A stretch of 64,000 bases of DNA from NCBI GenBank assembly GCA_003971905.1, contig RSEE01000148.1:1-64000 (forward strand), in the 5' to 3' direction. The position numbers and the translations under genes are program-made. The stretch's first letter is position 1. Each line of letters begins with the position of its first letter. This DNA is from Moniliella sp. 'wahieum' (taxonomy: Eukaryota). The notes beneath the pieces are model-generated. The model worked only from the letters and a program-made list of their open reading frames with translations, was not told where the DNA came from and ran no database searches. Shown here piece by piece: positions 1-10,667 of this stretch.

Positions 1-535
1 CTTGCGAAATGAGCGGAATAGGATCATACTGGCCATGCCAAAGCCATAACCTAGAGGTGAGGGAGGGAAGTCAAAATGGGGCTCAGGAAAAAAATCAAGA
101 CCACGGAGCAATGGGACTGACCACCTCCATGAATCCAAACAAAGACCGGCAGGTGTTTGAAGCGTTGGCGGGGCCAGACGTTCAGGAAGAGGCAATCTTC
201 GTCGGTAGGAGCATCGAACGACGGCGGCGGCAAGTCCTGTGCAGCAGGCGCTTGGGCATTGGGGCGCAAACTGCGAGGCGTCAATGATGTGCGAACGGTT
301 GGGGTGAGGAGGAAGGGGCGCCTGGAAACGATTCTTGCCAGTGACCGGCTGGGCAAAGCGGATGCCCAACCAATGTTGTAGCCGGTCGTTGGGTCCGCTA
401 CGCCGCGGTAAATACCGGTCCCACATCGACAAGTGGGTCAGGATTGGAGTTGGGAGGATTGAGAGAACGAGCCGAAGCGGTTGCGGCTGCCAAGACGAGA
501 GACAACCAGGAAAGCAGGAGCGACGGGTGCATCAT
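1..535 (-). CDS. Type-B carboxylesterase/lipase (COesterase family), 5' part only; runs off the window start
   Basis: ATG at 535 gives signal peptide MMHPSLLLSWLSLVLAAATA. Motifs DEDCLFLNVW and LPVFVWIHGGG|YGFG are joined across a GT..AG intron at 51-121. Frameshifts are present. Confidence 0.85.
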
Positions 536-748
536 GTGAAGAACAGAGGGCGGGAGCGAATGCGCGCGTATGGAGAGAGCTCAAGTCCTCTGGGCTTGCG
601 GTTTATAATGCTGGTGGGCTATACGAGGACCGGGCTGCTTCAAGCCGGATTCTTGTGCCCCTTGATGCTTACGAGTGTGCTGCATTTTGGGTCCAAATCC
701 CCCGACTTCTATAGCTGGGCTGGTAATCGGTCAGCTTGCCATAATCCG

Positions 749-770
749 TAACCGGTAACCGGTAACCGGT
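749..770. repeat. (TAACCGG)3 heptamer tandem repeat (ACCGGT palindrome + 1 nt)
   Basis: taaccggtaaccggtaaccggt read directly. Confidence 0.85.
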
Positions 771-1810
771 TAACACACCCAACAAGAGTAGGATATGTAG
801 CAGCCAAGAATGGAGGAGATGCGCCTTCAAGCTTCACGCGCGTCACGTTTCAGATGATCGATGACCTCAGACAATACAAAGCGAAAGTGTCGGCGACAAT
901 TGATATACTTCACTAGTCGCTCTTAGTCAAGTGTTCCTATCAGTCACTTGCCACTATTGAAAAGGTGGGGCGGAGGCATCTGGCGGTGCACGGAATTAAC
1001 ATGTTAACTCCATGTTACAAAACCTGAAGTCGACGGTGATAACGTCGATAACGGTCGTAACCACGGCTACCGGAGTTACCACTTGCCGCCTACCACAGCG
1101 TATACCGGTTATCTCTTATGGCCACTGCGGGGTTGGATCTGATGCATGGCTTTGATGCGCTGTGGTTATCGGTTACGTATGTTACGAAGCTGCACTTCGA
1201 TCATGTCGATCATATGTCACACTAGGGGGCGTGTAGCAACGTTCTGATCCCCGGCTTGGAGGCCCCGATGGATACTGATGCGTATAGGACAGTAGCGTGG
1301 GCGATCGATCACACGCGCATCACACAGTATTCGGAACCCGCGGAGCCTCGGGGCTAGTGAGGCCGGAAGTGCCCCACGATCGGTGAAGCCAGTCAGCGTC
1401 GCAAACAGGCCACCTAGTTACACGGGCATTGGCTGGCACCCTTTTGTTTTCCGGATGCTCTTTGGTAATCTTCGTGACAGCAATAAGGCAACACAGGGGA
1501 ACCGGACTTTTGCTACTGGTTCTATTGCTCCTACAAAGCAGTAAGCCACATTTTATGTTCCAGGTAGATGACCGAGTCGCCTCTGCCATCCTTCCCCCCC
1601 ACCCCGCCTTCAATATCTAGCCTGCTCCCAAGAACCTCGCATTTTTGATCTAACTTCGCTGGCACGACCGCGCCGGCGGTGCCATTACCCCTTCTCCTCG
1701 CAGCCCACCGTACTATAAGTGGTCCACTCTCAACTCGATCTCAACCAAGCCCAGTGCTCGACGATCTCTAAGGCCTACTGCTGCACTCACCCGCGTGGGA
1801 AGCCAGTAAC

Positions 1811-2085
1811 CTGCATCCATATCATTGACAGTGCTTAAGTTAAGGCTGGGATAGGGAAACTCGCTATGTTGCCTAAACGTTCATCTAGCGTGAGGACTTG
1901 GTAGCGCCACCATGTTAAGGAACCAGGGGGATCGCCAGGATATCAGGAGCCTCTGGTGCTCGCCATCCGGTCCCGTACCCGAGGTACTAAGCGGTGTGGA
2001 CACGGGTGAACGTGGTAGGCATCCGAGCGGTGTGAACCATCTCCGTTGAGACTCAGTTGCCAATTCCTTCCAGTTCTACTAACAG
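1811..2085 (-). mobile_element. 3'-terminal fragment of the CRE-like non-LTR retrotransposon family found at 10668-12476
   Basis: The reverse complement contains gggtacgggaccggatggc...cctgatatcctggcgatccccctggttcctt, nearly identical to ~12305-12368. Similarity continues through the 3' UTR (tggtggcgc, agatgaacg, ttccct.tcccagcctt, caatga.atgga). Confidence 0.88.
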
Positions 2086-2732
2086 TGCATGGACCGGTGG
2101 ATGGGTGGCTACGGTGACCCAGAACATATGGCTCTTAGCCCCTGTTTTTGTCAAATTGCGAATATATGCAAAAAGAGTACGATTACCATAACTGTATTAG
2201 CAAAACCCATCTCTGACATATAGAAGTCACTTCCACGTTCTCGGAGCGTCCCGAATCCCACGGAAGACGGAAGTGTTGGAACCGCAGGTGTATAGTAGCA
2301 CTCAGTGACCCTGGGGCTCCATGGACGGCCTACACAACAGAGTATACTGAGGTGTGTGACACCCGCACCATAGAGACTTCGTTGTACATTGGTGGTGGAG
2401 GTTCATGCATCATGCATCATTAGCATCACACATGATGCGAGACAGAGCCTGGTTCAGTATGACGTCGACGGAGTTACCTTTATTTCCGACAACTAAAAAC
2501 CGGTATGTCCACTGTATCGCCGCTAAAGGCCACTACCGCTTGTCTTGCGCTGAGGGGCCGAGTTTGCGGAGCACTGGCTGTTGAGGTGCTGAGGGCGCAG
2601 TGAACGGTGGTAATACGGGTTCAAGTTTGGATCGAGATTCGGTGTGCTCTCATGATCTCATCCCCTCACAGCAGCTCTCGTTTCTGCTTTCTTCCGACAA
2701 GTCCATCCCATCGTTTCGAGAGAGCCCTGGCC

Positions 2733-2738
2733 TATAAA
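2733..2738 (+). promoter_or_regulatory. Putative TATA box of the arginase-family gene
   Basis: TATAAA 100 bp upstream of the ATG at 2833. Confidence 0.45.
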
Positions 2739-2832
2739 ACCATCCCTTTGGAGCATCAATGGGGCTTTGTTCCATCTCAAAACCCCACCACTCCAAGAAC
2801 CTCGTAATTACGCCCCGCGTTCCCGCCGAGCA

Positions 2833-3726
2833 ATGCCTGGAACCCCCAGCAAGACCCTTCGTCTCAACTTCCCTCTATGGCAGGGAGGCCAGATGCCCGC
2901 ATACCATATTGGCGGCCGAGTACTGGATGCTGTCGCTCCCCGTGCCAAGGGGCCGGTTGAGCAAGTCTATGTCCCCCGCACCGCCCGAGGGCGTCGAACC
3001 TGGTGCTGAACCTGAGGCGTCTGAGACCGTGCACGGGCTTAAGAGCTTCTCTGCTCTTGCGCAGTCTGTCGAGAGTGCTTGGGGTGCAATTCGCCGGCAC
3101 GAGCCAGAAGCGATTGTCACGTTGGGTGGGGATTGCTTCGTGAGCCTCGTTCCGTTTTCGTATTTGCAAGAACGGTACCCGGATGATGTAGCAATTCTCT
3201 GGGTTGACACCCACCCGGACATCCTTTCGCCTGAGGTGTATGATCATGCTCATGCTCATGTCATGCGCTACCTTCTGGGAGAGGGTAGCACCACGCCCGA
3301 GACCAAGGTGAAGTACCCGTACAAGCCCCAAGACGTTCTGTACGTCGGGCTGAATGATCCCATGACTGAGTACGAAAAACATATCTTGCCGAAAAGGGCC
3401 TCGGGGTTGTGCGACCTGCCGAACTAGCCGACTCGATCCAACCCGTTCTGACTTGGTTGGCCAATGCCGGGAAGAAAAAAGTGGTGGTACACTTTGATCT
3501 GGACTGCTTGGACCCCCTCTTCTTCCGCCACCTTTGGTATGCCAACCCCTACGTTCCCGCACACCCAAGTGTGGCCCGTGGTGTTCTCCGGTTTGAACGT
3601 GTGTCGGAACTGCTCAATGCAGTGGCTGACCAATATGATCTCGTTGGCTTGACCATCTCTGAGTTCTTGCCTTGGGACATGGTGCAATTCTCGGAAGGTC
3701 TGCGCACGCTCCCCCTGCTCGGCTGA
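2833..3726 (+). CDS. Arginase/ureohydrolase-family protein, bacterial-like GGDC subtype; intronless, with two frameshifts (~2978, ~3400)
   Basis: Joining three ORFs gives KTLRLNFPLWQGG..., IVTLGGDC, ILWVDTHPD, VHFDLDCLDP and C-terminal DLVGLTISEFLPWD. The DxHxD and DxD Mn-binding motifs are present. Confidence 0.85.
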
Positions 3727-4066
3727 CCTTCCAGCCCAACCACAATCCTCTTCAGCTCAAATGGTGTTACTCCACCTTACGTGGCGGGAAAAAATGCGTT
3801 AAAAAAACCAATCCAACTAATTCTCAGGAAGTGCACATCTGTACCGTAGGTGTCAGGGATCGGCCGTGAGCCTGGTGTTTTGATCCCCAGGTGGAACCCT
3901 CACGTCGCAAATGCGGGGATTTCGGTGGAAAAGATTAGATACATGACAACCGTCTCTGACAGAATTGTGGGCTAAAGCATCCTGATCTTGACGTACACGA
4001 AAAAGGTCGTCACAATTAATCATCTGCGTCAGCATTTTCCAATTTAACTGGTTTTGGTCGCATGTC

Positions 4067-4226
4067 TGTTAAAGCGAGGACAAAGGCCTACGGAAAGAAG
4101 AAGACAGAGGGAGGTGATGGATCTATTCCAAGAGAGGAGCCCGTTAGGGGCAGAACATAGAGGAGAGTCGGATAGAACAGCGCGATGCGTGATGCGTGAT
4201 CAGCTGCATGCATGATGGCGCTGACA
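4067..4226 (-). repeat. 3' LTR of the copia element (160 bp)
   Basis: tgttaaagcgagg...ggcgctgaca; matches 8748-8904 apart from a few indels and substitutions. Confidence 0.95.
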
Positions 4227-4292
4227 GCCCCACCACGACTCGACGCTAGGATCCGACGAGATTGGAAGAGTGACAAATCTAGAGCCAGCTGG

Positions 4293-7200
4293 CTAGGAGG
4301 AATCTGAGCCGAAAATGGGCTTGATGCGGGAAGTCTCCTCAGCCCCACCAGGATCCGGCGTGAGCGTGAGGTAGCGACCTACACTGGAGCGTTGAACCGT
4401 ATACGGTAGGAGCTTGGTAAAATCATTCGCGGGGTTCTCGGTTCCAAGAACCTTGTGCCACAAAATGCGCCCCGAATCGACATGCTCGCGGAACCAATGG
4501 TTGCGAATGTCCATATGACGAAGGCGTCCAATGAAACCAGGGCGAGAGATAATTGACAGGGCAACGGCCGAGTCGCTATAGAGATCCACCGGACAGTTGG
4601 AAGGTACTAGTTGAAGCTCGACCATGAGGTTACGAATGCGGAGAGCGTCGCGGGCGCCCTCACTAATAGCCATCATCTCAGCTTCAGGGTCGACATTGCC
4701 GTAGTGGTCTGCTGGGCGCTGCGCCAGTGCACTAGGGCGCCAAAAACAAACACAGCGACCCCTGTTACCGACTTGCGTGTGACCTTGTCGCCGCCCCAAT
4801 CGCTATCGGTAAATACGGCAATAGGAGGTGCCGTTCGATTGATCCTGAGACGCAGAGACCAATCCAATGTACCATGGAGGTAGCGCAGGACATGTTGTGC
4901 GGCGCTGCGGTGTGCAGCAGAGGGATCCTTGTTCCAACGACTGAGAAGATGTACGACAAATGACAGGTCGGGCCGGCAGGTCTGCGCGGCCCAGCTGAGG
5001 CTCTGCACAATCGACATATAGCGCTTATGCTCGGCGACAGTGGCAGGAGCTTCGTCTGGTGGACGTGGCGGGAGAGGTGTATCAGGATTGATAGGCAAAC
5101 GAACAGGGTTGCACTCGAGCATGTCGGTGCGGGCGAGTAAAGCTAACAGAAATGCACGCTGGTCGCAGTCAAAGCCATCAGGGTTACCGGAGGGCGTGGC
5201 ACTTCTTCAAAGGCATCCATGGATCTGAGCCCGTCAAGCTCAATGTGTTCGGCCTGGCGCCACTGGGGCCACTCAGAGGTGGCCATTGCTTCACGCTCGG
5301 TCCGAGGGGCAAGGGGCACACCGTCAGCAGTGGTGCCGACAGTCGGGGGAGGGATGCGGAAACGGCGTTGCCGGCGGGGAATGGCTTTCTTTTTCGGGCT
5401 TGGTGTAAGGGATGCGGTGGCAGGATCAGGGGAAGAAACAGTAATAGTAGGGGGGATTGGGTGGGACAAAGGGGGATGACGCGCGGTGCGCGCATGGCCC
5501 GTTGGGCTCCAATCGGGATCAAGCTCGGCTGGCGGCTCATCCGTCAAGGGAGGCGCATGCGCATCCTTGGGTTGATAGAAATCAGGGGGGCGACGCGCCC
5601 GAGCCGGATTGCGACGGGGGGCAGCTTCAGCCCACCAGGCGTGGAAACTTCAGCCCCACCAGGTGTGGAAACTTCAGCCCCACCAGATGTGGAAACTTCA
5701 GCCCCACCAGGTGTATCCGGACGGTCGCGAAGCCCATCCGGTGGCGTACCCGGCAACGATTGGGCCTGGCGTATCGCCAGCCCGGGGTTTGTGGGATCCC
5801 ACATGACGTCGGTGCACCACGCCCTGTACGAGCTGTGGCCGTCTTCTGTGATAAACTCAAATTCGTATCCCTTGGAGCCGAGCGGATCGAATCCGACTAG
5901 CATGCCAGGGCGGGCGCGCGGCGCGGCGCGGTGGCCGCGCTCGGGACCTAACAAAGTACACCAGCCGGCCGCACCCCAGGGTGCCCCAAATAAGAGCTGC
6001 GTGGGAGGGGGCGGTCGTGATAGCGTTCAAATGGTGAGGGGGCGCCCAATGCGGCCGACACACTAACGTTGGCATACAAAGCTGCCGCGACAGCGGCGTC
6101 GGCCCAGTACTGAGACGGTGCGCGGGCGCCGGCGAGGAGGACGCGGGTACGCTCCTGTATAGTGCGAGCGGCGCGCTCGGCGTGGCCATTCTGCTGGGAG
6201 GTGTAGGGGGTGGTGGTGGTGTGCTGGATCGGTGCATGACCTGCAGCAGTGAGGAGGTGCGGGACACGGGAAAACTCAGTACCGCCATCGGTGTGGAGAC
6301 GGAAAAGACTGGCGCCGTGGCGGGCGAGGAGGCGGCGCTCCTCGAGGAGAATTAAGTTGGCTAGTGCCATTGCAGCGTCGCTCTTGCGCACCAGCGGAAT
6401 GGCCCAGAGATAGCCGGTGCAGTCGTCGACTACGACAAGTAAATTGCGCTCACCCTTCAGCCCCGTCGGCCAATCTGTCACTAGATCGGCATGCAAGTGC
6501 GCCAGTGGGGCAGCTGCACGTGCCGTGTGGCTCAGGGAACGGGCGTCGGGTGCCCCGCCCCGCCGCGCACGCCTGACAAACGCAGGCCGCGTCGGCCTCG
6601 GCTGCATGGGCCTGGGTGGAAGTGATGCGTTGCGCAACTGGCCCGTGGCCGTGAGGCGGGGAAGCTGGCGCCAACCAACATGACCATGGCGGGCATGAGC
6701 AGCCAGTATCCGGGTATAGTCGGCCACGGCGGCACGGGCGTGGGCTTGAATGGGGACGTTGGGGACGTCGCAGTGGTAATCAACCACATAGCCATTAGCG
6801 ATACGGTCGTAGCGAGCAACAATTGCGGGATCGCTATGGATAACAGCGCCTTGGCGGTGTGCAAGGAACTCTACTCGATGACCAGCGGCATTTGCCTGCG
6901 GTACAGAGAGTAAGTCATGGTCTAACTGGGGGACAAGCAAGCAGTACAAGTCAAGGATGCATTCAGTTTGGACTGTGGAAGCCGGGAGTCGAACCCGCTT
7001 CCCCACAGCCTGTCACCGCAAGCTTCCTGGACGCGCCAGCCAACTCAACCCACCCAGTCGCAGGCTCGAGGAAAATGAAACCCTCGGGCGAGCGGACCAT
7101 GCTCGGCGTCGCGCCGCTGTCAACTACCAGCTTGTGGAGCGCAGACGCAGTGGTGGGTGGTGGCAACCCCTGTGACAGGGCTGCCGCGAGTTCCTACTGG

Positions 7201-8635
7201 CGATCAGGAGGCGGGAAAGAAACGGGGGCTAGGCCTTGCGCGTTCGCGGTAGGGCTAGTTGGCTGTGGGAATGCCGGAGCTGGTAAAACCAGAGGTGAGG
7301 GGTAGTACGTCGGCATATAGCCGGCGAGTACATCGGTGGCGGAGGGGTTCCTCCTGCCTGGCGTAGCGACTAACTGCTGTGGCCGAATGGGAAGTATTGG
7401 AGTTATTCGAGCTGCTCGACATCGGCATGTTCTTCAACTCCGGATGCAGTGACCAGCATTGGGCCTTGCGTGTCTGCCATTGGGGTGAAGACGGCAGGTA
7501 CCATTGCGCTCTGCGCGCCCTCCTTTGCCCTTGTGCGAGGAAACAGCCTTGGTGACGAGCACTGTGTCCTCGATGTTCAAGAACTGCAGCGCTTGGCTCC
7601 GGGTCTTGCCCTGGAGCTGTTGCTCCTTCACGCGATTCGGCTCAGGGCAGCTATTGGCAAGAACGCTCCAGGCACGAACGCTGAGCGGGAGTCCAATCAT
7701 TTCACCCATACCCACGATCCGCTCGATGCGGGCAAGGAACTTCCGCGCCGTCTCATGCGCCGCAGGCTTAAGTGTGTCCAGGCGGGAACTGACATCACTC
7801 TCAAGTTTGACCTGGGTGGGACGATTGCGCTCGCACATCTTGCGGTACAGGCCTGAGGCCGAACCGCAGGCAACATGACTCTGCGTGGTCGAGTCACATT
7901 TGGTCAAAAGGACATGCTCGAGCCGCCTGTCGATCAGCTCTTCCTCAGGGGAAGAGGGGCCGTTGACGACTAGGTTCAGGAACTGGTATGCCGAGAGCTG
8001 GTTGCGCGTATCATAGTCATAATCAAGCCAGTGCGTCGTTCCGAGTTCCCAGGAGGGTAAGCTGTTTCCTTTAGCCAGCGCCCTAATCTCCTCCTCCACA
8101 GAACGTGTCTGATGAGAAGGGATTTCCAGAGGTGGGAAAGTGTCAACACTGCTGGGGCTGTGGGCAGATGTTCGAACTGGGGGAAACCAATTGGGAATCA
8201 GCGCCGCGGTACCTTGAATGCGGTACTTGCGGGCAAAGTAAGCAAATTCGTGCATGAATGCGGGGTCGTGAATCGCATCTTGTGCCTGTTCCGTAGACCA
8301 CTCGGGGGTGTAAATCTTGAAGATGCAACAGGAACATGAGCTCATGGTGGGTTAGGTTGGTTTTCGGGGAGTGATTTCCTTCGACAGAGGGGGGGGTGCC
8401 ATCGTGGGCAATTTGGGCGTCTTCACCGTCCAGACGCTCGGGGGCGGCGGGGGTGGCGGGGAACTGCAGGCTCCTCTTGGGTAGCCTCGACACGAGGAAT
8501 GGAAACTGCGGGCTCCTCATGGGTAGCTTCGACAGGGAGAATGGCGTCGGCAGACATGCTTTCGGCGCGCGGGTTACGCTTCTTCTTGGAAAGGGGTGGA
8601 AAAGCAGTATCGGCTCCGGAACGGAGACCAGGCAT
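4293..8635 (-). pseudogene. copia gag-pol (Gag with zinc knuckle, aspartic protease, integrase, RT remnant, RNase H); frameshifted, RT core absent
   Basis: Protease LVVDSGAT. Integrase HARHGH, LHADL, LHTDGGTEF, QQNGHAER. RT C-terminal QTCRPDLSFVVHLLSR. RNase H FTDSDWGGD, EAEMMA, LYSDS, HMDIRNHW, ENPANDFTK. No KARLVA or YVDD motif. Confidence 0.9.
5625..5714. repeat. 24-bp tandem repeat (~3.5 copies) in the copia IN-RT linker, encoding GGAEVSTP
   Basis: gtggaaacttcagccccaccaggt repeated. Confidence 0.9.
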
Positions 8636-8747
8636 TCAGCCGTGTGGGGTGGGGGGGGTAGGTGGGAAAAAAAATAAGTAGGGCTCAGGCGGGCAGACGA
8701 GAGAGGTGTAGTCTCCGCCTACTCAGAGGATAGTGTGGGCTCAACAC

Positions 8748-8904
8748 TGTTAAGAGAGGACAAAGGCCTACGGAAAGAAGAAGACAGAGGGGGTGATGGA
8801 TCTATTCCAAGAGAGGAGCCCGTTAGGGCAGAACATAGAGGAGAGTCGGATAGAACAGCGCGATGCGTGATGCGTGATCAGCTGCATGCATGATGGCGCT
8901 GACA
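8748..8904 (-). repeat. 5' LTR of the copia element (157 bp)
   Basis: tgttaagagagg...ggcgctgaca followed by TSD atgtc. Confidence 0.95.
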
Positions 8905-9099
8905 ATGTCTGTGTGCCAACCTAACGCCCTGATTCGCGCGCGGGATGAACACTGAAGCGTGCCCGCTAAGCTGAGTGGACTTGTGCCTGCATTGCCTTCA
9001 ACTTCCAGACCACGAAATTTATCCTTTTCCGTCGATAGACCTCATAGAGGCATTGATGTGATGCAATTTGCATGTTATGCTGCCCCGGCACATGCAAGG

Positions 9100-9870
9100 C
9101 AAGGAACAGTAGCGGTCGCCAAAGTCGCCCAATCCAGGCCGAATGTAGCATTTTCATCCAAGCTCTCGTCGACCCAGCCCGAGATACCCGTGACCTGGAG
9201 AAAGCGTGCATACACGGCTTTCACAATCTTTCGGGGGAAGCCAGTACGTTGAAGAACAGGAAGCGGTCCGGCCACACCCCATGGCACCATCTGTGTACGA
9301 TCTCTACTTTCTATATCGGAGTAGGCATCAGAATCCGCCAACCTTTTCCTCGCCCGCCTGCACATGGCGGCTAGGTGCGGCTGGGCTGGCTACGCCAACG
9401 ATCACGCATATGACAGAGTCGCGTCGACGCGTCCCTCCACTCCCTTAAAATGCCCTACTGGCGGTGCAGCAACACTCACACATGGTGTGCCTTCAATCCA
9501 CGCCCAGCGTTGTTCCGCCATGCGTCGCCCCGGCCACAAGACTGCCGACTGTGCCCAGAATGCTGATTTTGCAAGACGGTGACCACCCGACGCATCTCTG
9601 CCCTGCCCCTAGCCCTGTTCAGGTCCTCCAATGATCTAGCGTTTAAGCTCGATAGGGTGGATGAGTGTTCTATATCATGCCTGCCATCCTAAGGGGGCTT
9701 CACTACTGGCCTAATGAGGAGCAGTGGTGCAAAGAGTACCCGTGGCACAACAGGTGGAGTGGTGGAGCAAGGCGGAGATATGGAGAGTAATTGCGGTCTG
9801 TGGGACAAAAAAGGGAGGGGAGGGGGGTGCGGGGGAAAGGGGATCGTTGGAACAAGGAGGGGATGGATCA
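9100..9870 (-). pseudogene. FUR1: Degraded uracil phosphoribosyltransferase (UPRT)
   Basis: Minus-strand fragments read HGVWPDRFLFFNVLASPE, KAVYARF, GWVDESLDEN and YIRPGLGDFGDRY (UPRT C-terminal signature, ~9108-9150). Weaker N-terminal remnants (PQTA, LLLIRPVV) lie near 9700-9810. In-frame stops are present and there is no intact DPMLATGGS motif. Confidence 0.75.
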
Positions 9871-10667
9871 AGGATGATCGGCAGGTGGTACCGAGGATTA
9901 GGTGGGCTGGATCCATTCAACGTGAATTACGACGACCCTGTCACAGGCGGGACCCGCCAGGGGGCTCGCCCAGGTTTGTGGGGTACAAGCCCTTAGGTGA
10001 CAGAGGGACGATCATGGTAGTTTTGGGCTTGGGCTACTTGGTGGATCTGAGCGGAACTAGGGGCGAGGAGACGCCTTTGGGGGTGAAGCCGAGGCGGCTG
10101 CGGCACGTGTGGCAAGGTTGCCTATGCACTGGCTTGGGCCGTAGTAACGTGTCTGAATCCTCCGGACTTAGGGATGGGTAGAGTCAGGTGGAGTACAAAC
10201 ACTGTGCCAGAGCTGAAGCTGGGCAGGGGCGGCTGTCGACGTGGCTGGAAAGGAACCGCGCGATATGCTGTGGTACCGGGAATCGACGCGGCTGAAAAAA
10301 GGCTCGCTCCATGGGCGGGATAGAGCTCTGGAGGATGAGGTTGGAGGATGAAGAGGAGGCAGCTAAGTGGAGACGAGAGGTTGCATGTATAGTTACTCAA
10401 TCAGTTGGCTGCCAACGGCCACGACTAAACGGACAGGACTTGGACAAAAGAAAGGCGGGCAGGGACGTGAAGGCCGGAAGGTGGGGTAAAGGATCCCCAC
10501 TGATCAAGGATGCTGACTGTTGGCTGACCGTTTTGGGTAACCCCTCCTATTTAAGCCTATCGCAGAAGCAGACGAGCAACCGAACGGGCGTAAAGGCCGC
10601 GAAACCACTAGTAAGAATATCATCCGATAGCACTTCCTCGTCATAATATATCTGGCGAAAAAGTTGC

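Larger units (their letters stand above)
4067..8904 (-). mobile_element. Ty1/copia LTR retrotransposon with both LTRs, internally deleted in RT
   Basis: Near-identical TG..CA LTRs (4067-4226, 8748-8904). 5-bp TSD ATGTC at 4062-4066 and 8905-8909. PBS-like GTGTTGAGCCC follows the 5' LTR and a purine-rich GTGGTGGGGGC precedes the 3' LTR. Domain order gag-PR-IN-RT-RH is the copia order. Confidence 0.96.

Noticed and set aside
6980..7000. tRNA T-arm/B-box-like GGGTTCGACTCCC on the minus strand
   Set aside because: It lies within copia pol coding sequence; no acceptor, D or anticodon arms can be built.
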